From NCBI RefSeq assembly GCF_964355755.1, contig NC_092675.1, positions 24,462,912-24,526,911 on the forward strand: 64,000 nt of DNA. The letters are read 5' to 3'. This DNA is from Antedon mediterranea (Eukaryota > Animalia > Echinodermata). Made by a program: the position numbers and the translations under genes. The notes below the pieces were generated by a model. The model worked only from the letters and a program-made list of their open reading frames with translations, made no database searches and was not told the DNA's origin. This document shows, piece after piece, positions 12,701-25,676 of this stretch (its first letter is position 1; each line of letters opens with the position of its first letter).

Positions 12701-15700
12701 ACAGAATTTTCCTACCTTCCAGGCATTTAGTCGCCTTTGTTTTTCTCTACGTTCTTCTTCAACCTTTTTCAATCTAACTTGCTCCTTTTTTGCCTTCTCT
12801 TCTATGCTTTCCACATCATCCTCAAGTGTTAACATTTCATCTCGTTTTAACTGAAAATAAACGTGTAAAACGATAAAAATTATCTGGATACAAGATACAC
12901 GTAGATTATGCAGATAAATAAATAATAACTTCACGTCCACTCTCACCAAATTGTTTAGCCACATGATTTATTACTTTGACATACTATTACTATGTAAGAA
13001 AAATGTTAAGGTGTAGTGATGTAGGCATTTTACAGTAAAAATTATAGTGTTAAGGAATCATAACTTTTAATTTGTAAAGAAAAGAGTAACTTGTCCTCCA
13101 AAAATATGCAATTATATTTTTGTTGGTTATGCTTCACTAATCAGCATTGTTTATCATTTATCAAAAATGTCTTCTGTACAGTGAAGAAGGTGTATTCACT
13201 GATTTTCGTGTAGGAAAATTATAGGCCTACTGTAGATAAAGGTTTAGAGTGCCTTCTAGTCATTATACCTGCTTTTGTGATCTCCATTTTTCTATAGCCT
13301 GCTTTTTCTCCTCTAATAATTTGTTGTACTGCTGATACCAAGTTTCATGCTGTACTATATCTGTAATGGATCGTATAGGTAACTCATTTACTGCAACATC
13401 CATGAATGCTGATTTTCCCTGTAAAATAATTTAGGTTTTTGGGGGATTGACTTTAGAAAATAGTGCAAAACAAAAGGTACAATTCTGTAGATTATTAACA
13501 GTATTAATGATTATAAAATATCAAGTAATTCTACAGCAGTAAACATCTATAAATGTAATGCTGTATCAATGTGAACACTAGTAGTCTAATTTAATGGTAG
13601 GAAGGTACTTTAAAAGATTCCAGATTTGAATCTCGATTGGGACAAGTTTGAATCTCAATTGAGATAGCTTATATATAATTAATTTTCAATATATCACAGG
13701 GTGGTTGGAATTATTTATATACTGTACATACATAAATTAACTTTGATTGGAATTAAACCCACAATAGTGATTAATTATTTAAACAATATTTAAGACACAA
13801 TTAAATACACCAAAACAAATGCATACACGTCCACATCCTCCTCCAAACACACACAGATTAATATATAACAAATACTATGAAGAATAAAATAGCATTCACA
13901 TTAAAAATAGTTGGTAACAGCTAGTAGTAATAGCCTGAGGCTCATTATGAAGAGTTTTAACACTAGTAGCAACATACCTTAATATAAGGGTATGTTCAGA
14001 CTCGCGGAGTTACGGTGGAGTTATGTAAGCGGCATACATATTTTTGTGTCTGAACCATGCCGCGGATTAGCGTTAGGAAGCTGTTACGCGGTGCCAGTGG
14101 CGTTAATAAGCAGGAGAGGGTAGATTTCATAACGCTAATCCAGTGATGCATCGGTGATTTTAACCTTAAACAATGAAAATACACAACCACGATTTGCAGA
14201 CAACAACTACATACTCGTACCCTATGATACGACAGCGAAATAGCTATGTCAAATGTATTTTCAAACAGTAAAGTTGGCGTCAGTAATGATATATTCATAA
14301 ATTAAATCAATTATTTGAATTAAAATGCTATTCTACAAGTAGTAAGAACAAATCATTGAAGGTAAACATATAAATAAAAATTTGAAAAAAAACCAATGTA
14401 AACGATGTAAACTTTCATGCATTGTCATGAATGTATATATATAGTTCTATCAGATAAACAGTGGGGGTGGTTGGGTTCGAAATCTGTTGAACAATAACTT
14501 GGCCACGGTTTCTATTGTTACTATATTCTGTACAGAGATAAAGTTGGCAGAAACAAATACAAATTCATACATCATTGAAAATATACTACGGTATGAATTT
14601 ATTAAGACATTTTATTAACCCACTGTATTCTTTATGCTGAAACATACATTTTAATATTTATGTATATTATATGAACAGCATAAAAAGTATTGAATAGATG
14701 GCAAAGCATATAGAATTTTACACATTTTAACACTGGCATTGTACTATTATAGCATTGCATGAACTAATGGAATGCTAATGACATTGCCTACTACACAAGC
14801 AACACAAAGCATAATTGCAAATGTGATCAAGTAAAAAAAAGTGGATTTTTTATTGACAGATAATTTAATCAATAGTGCTTAGATTAGAATAGTAACATAA
14901 TCTTACCATCACATAACCAACTTACTTTGAAAGTACTACGAATTTTAAGAAATGTTTGATGATCATATTCATCCCATCCTCCTCGATTACCTCCATTTTG
15001 TTGGAGAAATTTCTACATATTAAATGAAAGATAAATATCAAAGGCATGCAATGTTGAATTGTTCAAATGGTGAGTCGCTATACCGTATTTATTTGAATAA
15101 ATGCCTACCTCCAATAAACACCCATCCTAGAACATCTGAATAAATGCTCACCTTGAATAAATTCCCCAGGGCCTTTATTTATTTCCTCTAATAAACACCC
15201 CATAACACACAATATTGTATTAGAACACAGTTGTACATTAGTAGAATTCATTGATTGACATGATATAGAACTTACCAAGCAATTTTATAAAGATTTTAAT
15301 GTATCTTATAAACTTCCCGATATTAATTATGTTGTATTTTTCATATCTAGGGGGTATTTATTTGATCATATATTACCATATTACACCTAAAAAAACGCCT
15401 CCCACGAAATAAAAGAACAAACGAGATAAAACAAGTATTTCTAGCCCTGGTTAATAAACAAATATCAACCTCAAATGTTATGACTTCTAGGGGGTAGTTC
15501 TGAGCAGTAGTAGTAGTGGACGACCTCTGTTTATGTTTAGCTGAAATGCTAGGTTTTGTCTTTGCAATTGGTACACTTGTTATTTTTGACCAGGCTTCAA
15601 ATCTCTTCTCAAGTGCTATTACTTCCTGGCAACAAATCTTCTCATCCCGAATCAGTTCTTCATAACTGGTGAATTAATGAATGGAGAATTGCAGATTTAT

Positions 15701-18700
15701 AGAGTTAGTTTTAAAATATTATCATTAAGAGTTACCAATCTGGGAGATCCTATTGTGTGACAGATTCCACTTGTTGGAGGAAGTGTATAGACTCTTGTGG
15801 GGTGGACACATTTGGCACTCTTTGATGGTTTCATAATATTATTTTATTGACAATATCAATTAAAATTGCAGCATCGTTTTCACCCATCCATCTGCGCGCA
15901 CACGACTTACTAGAGAAAAGGCCGGTCTACACAACAACGCATTTTTCAGTAAAATCATTTTCAAAATGAGGGACCATCCTGCACGATATAAATAAGACAG
16001 TTGGTAAATATGATTCATCAAAATATAGGCTCCTTATTCAACGAATATAAACATACTAATTTCATTGTGTCTAGTAAAACTGTACTTTACTTAAATTTTA
16101 TACTGAACTGAACAAGATAAATAATTACTCAAATGGCATCAAAGATACATAATTAGCCTGCATAATATTATTAATTATTAAGTAACACTAACTGTACACA
16201 GACATGACATTATCAATTAATTAATAAATCCCCTCCGCTGTTATTGTTAAAAAGGATGCATTTTCATGTTACATCACTAGATTAGAAATGTGCGAATTAG
16301 TGGCTAGATCTTAATGACCGATACAAACCAATAAAATAAGCTATAAGTTTAAAGAAAAGAAAAGTTGGCATGATATTGATCTAAATTATATAAGGAATAA
16401 GCGACTCACTTGCTATTATTTTTTCTGATCGATTTTTTCTGTAGTTTTTCAAAAACGAGTAAATAATGATGTACTTTCATAACATAACCACGATGTGCAG
16501 GACAATTGAAATACCACTAATTTTTTTAGCTGTAATTAATGCTGCCACGTTAAATATTTCAGAGTTCCGGTTAAAAAAGGTCCTAACAAAAAACCCTTAG
16601 ATTAGCTTAAAATATTCTATTCCTATTGATTGAGGAAAATCGAAATACTGTCACAAAAACATCTTGAGATTTATCTTCAATACGGGCAGAATGACAAGTA
16701 TTTAATTCATTGTTATTTTTACTTACACTGTTTTCTGGTTTTCTTTGAAAGTGTTCATGTGAATCTCAATGTCTTCCATCATAATTTTTAGTTTTTCAAC
16801 AACTAAAAATAGTATAAACAATTGTATATTAAAAGGAGGTTGTCATAGTATATGAAAAAACCATTTTGTAAAAATTTGCAAGGATGTTGATCAAATTAAC
16901 TTGGGTGAATACAAAAAAAAAAAGAATTTTAGGGCTAGGTTTATGTGAAAGGAATGTTCCTATTGGCATTAGTTATACATTTTAAACAGAAAGCAAGGGA
17001 AAAAACCTAGCCTAATAAGTAACAGGCAATTAGCACCATCTATCACTAGTGTTAACATTACAGTATATCGAATTACTGTATGTGAAATGCTTCACCCATA
17101 TATGAATGTGTGTGTGCGTGTACATACATATTATGTATTGTTTATTTCATGTTTTTCTTTGCGATAATATATTTTTTGTCTTTTTTTGCCAATATTGTAA
17201 CAATGTAAATATTTATATATTTTTGAATAAATGTGGATGATGATGATGATGACTTGGAAATGAGGAGGATGAAATGAAGAAAATAAAATAAATATTTTTG
17301 GGAATCTCATATAAACTAAATTTAATGAACAATAAAAAAAGGTGGTCATGATTCATAATAAAAAAAAAAGAAGTTATAGTCAACTCTAAATTGAACTTCC
17401 TCAACAGGATATTCTCCAAAAAGCATAATTTTCTTAATCCATACATTATATTAGGCAGTTTTCGACAGAATATGTACCCTTTATTGGATAATTTCACCAT
17501 TAAATAATACGATAGTATGCATATGAGCATTAATAATAGGCTCTATTATAATAGAGTTATCAATAACTATAACATACAATTTCTTATTGATTTTGATTCT
17601 CTGGTTAGATGCAACATACATTCTCTGCAAAATGTACTATTTGTATAGAAAATCATAACCCGATGGAAGACTTTTTATAAAAGTGCATTGGTAAGGTGAT
17701 TTGGAGCTGAATTATTCTTTTTTACAGATTTATTTTTAATAAAAAGTATTCTTATGCTCTTAATTCTGCAATATTATTAATGAATTCATACATGTATGAT
17801 CGTAATGTTTCAATATCCCTTTCTTTGATGATAATTAAAATAAAGTTTTTGTAATTGTATGGCTTCGCATAAATTAAACTTTAGGCATAAGCACATCAAT
17901 TTGTTACCATTATGCAGAATTTGCACATAGTATAAAAGTTTAAATGTTCTGTCAAAAACTCTCCGTTATTTAAAACATTCTGATGAATGAAAACTTTGGA
18001 AAACAAGATATTTTTGGGAAATCTCCAGTCCGGGGTGTCTGATTGTTTTGAACTTACATTCAGGAGATGGTTTAACATTCTGTAACTCCTTTTGAAAACG
18101 ACCTACAGCTCCTCTCATTCTATCCAGGTGTTGCTTCAATTTGATTTCTTTAAAAACAAAAATTAAATGAAAACATACTGTGCAAGAAATGTGATCATCA
18201 AACAAGGTTTTTGAAAGTAATATAGCAAATGTATTTTTAATAGTATAATAAGATGAAATGCTCTATTAAAACTTAAATTACACCTAAAGACAACCTTAAG
18301 ACACCAAAATCTATTATTGTGTTATAGGCTAATTCTAAAAAATATTTAATTTCTTTATAGAGTATCATGGTGCTGACGTCACAACGGTAGGTGGCGCTGC
18401 GTGGTTGCTAGCGCAACCAAAAATACGTTCAGCCTGCCTGAGTGACTCCAAGATCACCAATGGTTTGGAATAGGCTTATTGAAGTAGTCATTTTAAAACT
18501 TAATAACAAACAAACTAAAATTTCAAAAGATCACTAAAAATAGTAAATATTTGTTTTTAATAATCTATTTATTCTTCAACTACAGTTTAAGTTAAAAAAA
18601 ATCAAGCTAAGATACATAATTTGATAGAAATACAGATCTTTACTGTTTATCAACATCGTAGTGCTGAACGCATTTTTTAGTTGTCTAGCAACCATGCAGC

Positions 18701-21700
18701 GCCATCTATCGTTGTGACGTAGCATCGTGATGTCGTACTGCTGTTTGCTTCTATTTTTTATTGATTTATTGTCTCAATTGTTCACTTGTTAATTATATTA
18801 TATTAGTTCGGATAAGGGTCTTATAAGTGACAAGAATAATTTATTCTTCTAGTATACATCCTCAGTATCATATTGAAATAAAAATAACCATCGGGGAAAA
18901 AAAATTAGGCACTTTTATATTATAGGCTTTATTACAAAATATGATGAAATGGAAACAAAATTAGGATTAATATATTATAACACTATTATGAGATACATCT
19001 CATTAATTAGTCCTTCCTGTTTACATAAATAAAAGCCACTTGCTGATAGGCTATCCTTTTCTTTAACCTCCCCACGACCTGAATGTGTGAGGTTCGAAGA
19101 TTGCTATTTCAAAGAAGAATTTTCATTCTAATATTATAGCTAAACACATCAGGTGAATTTGAGGGTTGCCCAGCATGAATGGCTCCATGGATTAGGAGCA
19201 GATATAGCACCCAACACCTCAGCTATTATAAAAGCCATTGCTGCTAAACAAATTGGCTCACATGGGCTCAAAGTATCAAGTCTTTCTATTCATAGATTTT
19301 ATGCCTAGACATCATATTACTGTAAGTCTCTGGTAAAACCATGGAACTATAATATAAGTAAAACCTTTAGATTATTAGACTATACTTTCTTATCCACTAC
19401 TGGTAGGGAGGAATTTTAATGAATATTTAATTAATTTATTGAGCTTAAGGTCCTATAGGATGCAACCCAAGGAAGATTGCACAACAACATTGCAAGTTAT
19501 TTGATTAATCTCAATTGCTTCAGTTTGGATGATCCAGCGCTTGTGATTGGCCAAATGACTTGTACTGTGTATAGGTCATTGCATTTATTCCATAATTCTG
19601 TAAAGAGAGCATCTAATTAGGGTAAACAGCAAAGCTGAAAATATTACTTTTTTGATTCATGTAAAATATTTGTTCTTCTTTCCCCAATATAAAAGGTTTT
19701 ATTATTAATTAAGTACATTACTAAATTTGTATTAATAATGTCATCGATCATCTACCATCAGCATCGATATACCCTGAAGAGACAGAAAGTCAGCTACCTC
19801 AGGAAATTGGTCCAGATTTTAAATAAGCATCATTGTTGAAAAATATGATTTTTGTCAACAAGCATGTACTGATAGTTGTTTCCCTCTTTTATATTATTAA
19901 TGATGAATCTTTATATGCCTTTTTTGTTTAATGTTCAAAAGGTACTGTACTGTACTCACAAAACAGTGTATCGGTCGGTCGGTTGGTCTGTCGGTCGGCC
20001 AGTCGGTAAACACTAACTCAAATTTGCGCACACGACTGCAGCCATGTATATGGCCTTGCAAGTATTTCATGTTTTAATTTTCTATTGCGTATTGAATTGA
20101 TGTGTTTTAATGTCCAATGATTTTTTTTTACAACCCATATATTTTTGCTTTTTGATTGATTTTTCATATCGAAATTGGACTTGATTTAAAAATAAAATAT
20201 AGTCTTTAATGTGTAATTGTGTAAATAAAAATGATAAAAGAACTTGTTTAAGAGTTTCTTTACATTTTTTGGTAAAACTTATTATTATCATCGCCTTTAA
20301 AGATAAGTATTAAAATAAAAAGAAGATTACGAATCCTAAAAATATTTTTGGATCTATCAATATGATTGCAGGAGAGACATGTTTTAACAAAATAGTCACC
20401 ACCAAAAATGTGTTGATCAGTTTCCTTCAGGGGAAATCAGGTCAGGCAGAGCTGTTCCTTGTACATGTTGCAATGCATGGTAATATTAGATGTTTTGACC
20501 TTTCATGTCCTGTTACTAATTAAGGTCCTGTTTCTACTGTGAAAAAATAAACATGAAAAAATTACCCACATTTTCTAATAGCAGAAACACAAAACATTGT
20601 CAATATCTGTTAAATAGCAGAATGAAAACAACGGTGTTAAAACGACGCTATTTAACTGGTTACCCAGGACTGGTTATCACTTGGAAACTTTTAGGTGCAA
20701 TGCAAAATAAAGGTTATTTGATTGACCTTGATTCAACTACACTGTAGCAAAATTTGATTGATCGCCAGTGTAATGCTAACGATTTCAGTTGGCAACAAAT
20801 TGAGCAGAAATGCATTCGATATTAACATTACATTTTAATTATACTGTATTTCGAATTAAACAGTTTATTCGGTGAAACGCAGCAGAAACAGAACCTATGG
20901 GCCTGTATGCTGCAAATACATAACAATTAATAACTGCATGAATATATAGAAGAAACAGGCTCTAAGAACCTGACCTCTTTAAATGTATTGTGTTTAGTTG
21001 ACATTCAAGCCAAGTTAGTTCTGAATCTTAGCTGGTAGCAATATCCATGGTATCTCACAAGTAAATATGTTAATGTTTAGCATCCCTGACCATAGTGAAA
21101 TGTGTTCAAATATGAACTCTCCTTTACGATAATTTCCAGTAGGTAAGTAATACCATACTGTATTACATACAGTTTTTTCATGCTATTTGGTTTATTCTCA
21201 TAACTACTGTTTTAGAAACAAATCAAGTATAACCCCAAAAAAGTATTGTCCCCCAAAATCATGAAAAATAAAGATTTTTAAAATCAGACTTTGAATAGGC
21301 CATTTTGCAGTTTTAATGAAGTTGTTCACTTCCATAAGAAAAAAAAACGGGGGAAAAAATTATTTCACCTATAAAAAGACAAAATAAACAGTTAAATTAC
21401 CCAAAAACTCATTGTCTTCCAGACAATTTGACCATTTTTTTGCTTTAAATTACATTTTTCTCAGGTAAATAAATTTTTTTCAGACCCAATTTTTTGTGAG
21501 AGTGAATAACTATTATGTGACATTAAAATAACATATTCAACAAAAAAATTTAAAAAAAAATATTTTTTAGGGGGACAATATATCTTTAAGTGTTATTTTC
21601 CATAAAAAAGGTGGTTAGTGCGTAGCATGGAGTAATAGTAGAGGAAAATTGGAGCAAAAAAAAAATTGTACCGCAACCGGCAAATTAACAAGCTGAAACA

Positions 21701-24700
21701 TGTATAAATATGTTCTATGACATATTGGGGTCATAAAAATGGATGATTTAATTTTTGGTTACCCTCATCTCCACGCTGCCTTTACAGAGAATCCTAACAG
21801 ACCTGGGTTCGGAAATATGTATTCCAATGTTTCAGGTCTGTTAGGATTCTCTGTAAAGGATCCATATTGATGACAGCGTGGAAAGGATCAGATGAGGGTA
21901 CCCAGGCTTAGGCCTAAGAGGTTAAAACAAAATCGCGAGCGGGAATGACATACGCCGCCAATAGTTTGACTTTTCAATTCAATTCAAACATTTCATTCAA
22001 AACATTTCATTCAAAACATTTCATTCAAAACATTTCATTCAAAACATTTCGTTCAAAACATTTCATTCAAAACATTTTATTCAAAACATTCAATTCAAAA
22101 CATTTCATTCAAAACATTTCATTCAAAACATTCAATTCAAAGCATTCAATTCAAAACATTTCATTCATATATCGCGCCATTCAATTCATATCGATGCATT
22201 TCATTCACATATCACGTCATAAAATTCATATCATCAAAATGTTGCGTAAACGGAGTTCCATACTATATTGTTTAGTAGACTAAATTATCAATATTCAGAG
22301 GAATAAAATGTGTGCGTATTGTGGGTAACATATTAAACAAGACCTTTGACACAAGCATATCCACAGCTTAGCAAGACACAAGGAGGTGAAAGAACATCCA
22401 ATATGGCTGTATAATACGATATGCCAGTGTCATTGCCCCTAGCATCCATCTCCGCAAGTAATTAATTGACATTGTATGGTTCAGTGCAATATCAATTACA
22501 GTAGCGTAATATTATATATCATATAACTATATTTATTAATAAATATATTATACCCTTGACATTAACAAAGGAATAATGTCCAATACTACATATAGTCAAT
22601 ACTACATACGGTAAAGATAATTTAAAATTCAATATCTTTTGCAAATTAATCCCACACTCAACTAAAGTCCTGATTTTTTATTAGGAGGTGTCATTTTTAG
22701 TTACCTCCGCCTTCTGTATGATATGTTGTAACCACCCTGTGTAGAGGCCGTTTTTATCTGAAACCAACAATTTTGCCACAATGTTCTATGACCCAACATA
22801 TTGATTTTGAAGGGGAAGGGTCGAAGGTCAAGCTTACTGTACATCCACAAAAAAGTAATTTCTTATATTGACAACCTACAGACCACATTTAATTTTTATT
22901 TGATTCTTGCCTATGATCCATAATCTATGGCTAGTTAAATTTTAAAGGGAAAAAATAAAATGTCACAATCACAAATAACAAAAAATCACCCACTTAAGAC
23001 AAAAAATCAATAAAAAACAAATTTAAAATTACTATATTAAAAAAAACTGCCATCACAGGGTGGGGGAGGGGGGGGGGTGCTATAAGCAGGATCAGAAGTA
23101 GTTTCAACAATCACCTTTGTCTTGGTTAGGAAACTTGCACAATTACTTGAGGGCAGCAGTCAATTCAACTGGATGAAAACATTTTATTTGTTAAAGGGGT
23201 AAACTAGTGGCCACATTTTCGAACTTTGATTGACTGTTGAATGACTGTACGATCTTTTCTGGAAAATTCTGATTATAAATCTGAAATTCCCTTGCCCACA
23301 TGTCTTTGCAATGACTTTTATTTGCGAACTCTTATTGACTGTTCCGAAAAAAATGAATGACTGTACGACCTTTTCCGGAAAATTCTGATTACAAATCTAA
23401 TATTCCATTGCCCACATGTCTTCGCAATGACTTTCCTTTGGAATCGAAATATTAGTAAAAGAAAAATCAAAAACATGATTTTCCAAAATATCTAAAACAG
23501 TGTATACCATTGGTGTATAGAAGGAGCATGTGGCTAGTGTGTTGGAAGTTGGATTTCTGATCGCTTGATTGGGAGTCCAATGCATGCCTGTTGCATTGGC
23601 TTTGTCTTAAGCAAGACACTTTACCCAGGTGTACATATGGGTACCTGGATACACTAGGTCAAAACACCAACTGCGCTGATTTCTGTCTGTAAACATTATG
23701 AGCGTACAGTATGTTTTCCTATGTGTTTGATCGATAAAAACTAACCGGGCGGTGTAATAATGCAAAAAGCGTCATTTGAACAACGAATTTGCGCTATATA
23801 AATGAATACATTATTAATATTATAATATGTGAGTTCTTGATATGAATGTCAAAAGCCTTTATAAAATGTATCATTAAAAATAAATGCACAATAAAATATA
23901 TCTGCTGGTCAACTAACAAAAAAAAATGATTATGTTGCATTGGATTATATATTCATATTTCCATAGAAATGACTTACTCTCTGCTTTCCTCTCTGTGTTC
24001 AGTTTAAGTTCCATTTCTTCTAATGGGCAAAACTCTTTCCTGAAATCGTTTCGTTTGTTATATAATTGAGTGTTCTTCTCGCGATCTATTGCTGTAATCC
24101 TGTATTTAATTCAAGAAAATAATATAGGTTTCAATTTCTTTATTGAGCTTTCTAAACCAACTAAAAGTTCATTAGAGAAAGAAGGAATCACACAATTAGC
24201 TGTGGTTACTATATTCAATGTTTAATACTTCAATTTCAAACTTCATTCTTGGACATCTCTCTAAAAACTTTCGACCTTAAATATTTCTAGCTTTAAAAAT
24301 CAATGTCTTACTTGTGTGTTAACTGTTCAAGTTCCTTGAGAACTTCAATTTTTTTGGTCTTATCCGATTTGGATTTGACGGCCCATGAGGTGCCCTTGTC
24401 TACAGACATATTCTAAAGAAAACAAGATTCAAGCAAGTAATGCACTTGTCAAATTTGTATGACCCCGGGAGAGGTGCGTCATTTACAAATAATTACTGAC
24501 ACTGGGGTACATAAAAAAACCTAGAAGGTACGTCACATCAATGAACAATTGTGTGTCAATGTCCGTCACTTTACCACTCAAAATATCATAAACAACATGG
24601 TCACAGTGCGTCAAAATGGGTGTGTCATGGTCACCTAAAGGCAAGTCACATTTAATTTATTACGCACCCATGCGTCATGGTACTCATAAGGTATGATGCA

Positions 24701-25336
24701 CATCGGACAAATTACGCACCTCTCCCGGGGGTCGTATAGCCTAGGCCTAGTGGGTCAAACAATTGACAAGTGCATAGTAGGCTAGGCCTAGGCCTAATAT
24801 TATATCACGATATTTTTTATAAACAAATTTTATCAAAAAAACACAAAGATATAAAAAAAAGAAAAAATACATAGGCCTACAAAGTAAATAACATTAATAA
24901 CAATAATAATTACAAAAAGCACAAAACTATTTTTTTTAAAGTGGAGCTTTTTAATTGTGATAAATAAAAAGATGTGAGGTGAGTCGACTACTACTACTCC
25001 TATTCTAGGCCTAGCTAGGCTTGCCTAGTAGGCCTCTAGCTAGTAGGGCCTAGTCTAGCTAGAGGCCTCGCCTCTCCTAGCTAGGCCTACTAGGCCCTAC
25101 TAGCTAGACCTAGCTAGTAGTAGGGCATAGGCCTATATAGGCCTAGGCCTAGGCTAGGCTAGCCTAGCTAGGCCTAACTAACTCCTAGGCCATTTAGTTT
25201 CTCTTTTAATCCATGTCTTATTAAACACTAGGATTAAGCCTTTTAATTTCTTTCTTTCAAGTCATAACCTGCCAAGGCATGATGTGTAAAAAATACAACA
25301 AAAAGTGTTTTTTACCTTCTTCGCGGACGTCGCCAT
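6701..25336 (-). CDS. CCDC112: Coiled-coil domain-containing protein 112, 13 coding exons, ~489 aa
   Basis: Exons: 25316-25336, 24312-24412, 23978-24099, 18058-18147, 16727-16802, 15470-15665, 14926-15012, 13269-13418, 12716-12850, 11503-11598, 7925-8170, 7607-7725, 6701-6731. All GT-AG with matching phases, 1470 nt. Contains GGNRGGWDEYDHQTFLK and the C-terminus VERDPTRLYRMTKGWKERTK...LHIPHRAVPSWRSGL*, matching my recollection of vertebrate CCDC112 (RDPSRLYKPTKGWEERTK...LHIPHRAIPTWRQG). Confidence 0.92.
7290..7338. mobile_element. 35-bp palindrome (17+1+17) with 7-bp TSD; P-superfamily excision footprint or micro-MITE
   Basis: ttcaaac|catggaggtataaaata-t-tattttatacctccatg|ttcaaac. Confidence 0.75.
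9371..9423. repeat. Perfect 53-bp palindrome
   Basis: ctttagaatctgcatatgccaccaag-t-cttggtggcatatgcagattctaaag; no obvious TSD. Confidence 0.9.
11730..12578. mobile_element. Non-autonomous foldback/MULE-like element with long modular TIRs
   Basis: Inverted repeats of ~160-175 bp (~11740-11897 and ~12394-12568) built from tandem ~16-17-bp units (caagtcaactcggcct / caagtcggccc). Flanked by the direct repeat caatgcat (11722-11729, 12579-12586). No transposase ORF. Confidence 0.85.
15081..15370. mobile_element. Degenerate Tc1/mariner-pogo-like MITE
   Basis: Starts ta|ccgtattttatttgaataaatgcc, has internal aataaac(a/g)ccc repeats and an inverted copy ggggtatttatttga near 15350-15365. Confidence 0.45.
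18363..18733. mobile_element. MITE with ~70-bp imperfect TIRs
   Basis: gctgacgtcacaacggtaggtggcgctgcgtggttgctag...cgttcagc versus gctgaacg...ctagcaaccatgcagcgccatctatcgttgtgacgtagc. Confidence 0.8.
19960..20060 (+). mobile_element. Helentron/DINE-1-like (HINE) non-autonomous remnant
   Basis: (GTCG)n-type microsatellite followed by gcgcacacgact...gccatgtatatggccttg (terminal hairpin), resembling HINE architecture. Confidence 0.5.
20521..20898. mobile_element. PIF/Harbinger-like MITE (family with ggncctgtttctgctg termini)
   Basis: taa|ggtcctgtttctactg ... cagcagaaacagaacc|tat. Related ends at ~8594-8610, ~9671-9685, ~20953-20965 and ~42622-42637. Confidence 0.55.
21757..21909. mobile_element. 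Palindromic MITE ending ...gagggtacccaggct
   Basis: cctttacagagaatcctaacagacctg / caggtctgttaggattctctgtaaagg is a perfect inner inverted repeat; outer pair taccctcatct / agatgagggta. Confidence 0.75.
21935..22262 (+). repeat. Dispersed repeat with internal 14-bp minisatellite (caaaacatttcatt)n, copy 1
   Basis: Tandem attcaaaacatttc units at 21980-22165. Flanks (atagtttgactttt; catatcgatgcatttcattcacat...atgttgcgtaaacgg) are shared with 61530-61786. Confidence 0.85.
23240..23436. repeat. Local duplication of an ~80-bp unit
   Basis: gaatgactgtacga...ggaaaattctgatta.aaatct...ttgcccacatgtct..gcaatgacttt occurs twice (~23240 and ~23355). Confidence 0.8.
23522..23828 (+). mobile_element. Degenerate tRNA-derived CORE-type SINE with L2-like tail
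   Basis: A-box-like gtggctagtg, CORE-like ttgtcttaagcaagacactttaccc, and tail gcgctatataaat followed by (tat)n. Confidence 0.6.
24458..24738. mobile_element. MITE with ~27-bp TIRs in CCDC112 intron 1
   Basis: tatgaccccgggagaggtgcgtcattt ... aaattacgcacctctcccgggggtcgtata; an outer inverted pair atgcacttgtcaa / ttgacaagtgcat surrounds it. Confidence 0.8.
24737..25192. repeat. Low-complexity TAGGCCTA/TAGCCTA/TAGCTA array in CCDC112 intron 1
   Basis: Dense ctag/aggcct palindromic words, e.g. ctaggcctagctaggcttgcctagtaggcc. Confidence 0.9.
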
Positions 25337-25676
25337 TTTGCTCTTTTATCGCAGAAATTCTGAAATAATGTTTTTATAAAATATATTACCAATATATAAA
25401 ATTATATTCTTTTCTTGTTTTATCTTCTAAAAATATTTATATGACTAAGTGTTATTTTATATTTAAATTATTTGTTTTTCTATTTGAATATCAACATTTA
25501 TTTAAATCGTATTATAAAATACAATATAAATTCCATGGCAACGGCTTAGCAACGCTACGCACTGGGACGTTTTTAACCAGCATATAAAAACTCAAACAGA
25601 GTAGGCGCGCCTAGTCAGCAGAGCGGGAGAGAGAGAGAGAGCGGTAGCTTCTTGTCTAAAATTGAAATTGTTGAGA
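25337..25676. promoter_or_regulatory. Bidirectional promoter CCDC112/SPAG8 with tandem RFX X-box-like sites
   Basis: ATGs face away from each other 340 bp apart. attccatggcaac (25530-25542) and ggcttagcaac (25543-25553) resemble the X-box GTTNCCATGGNAAC / CTAGCAAC; local CpG cluster. Confidence 0.7.

Noticed and set aside
21945-22283. 112-aa ORF with ISFKTFHSKHFIQN repeats
   Set aside because: Translation of a 14-bp minisatellite within a dispersed repeat.
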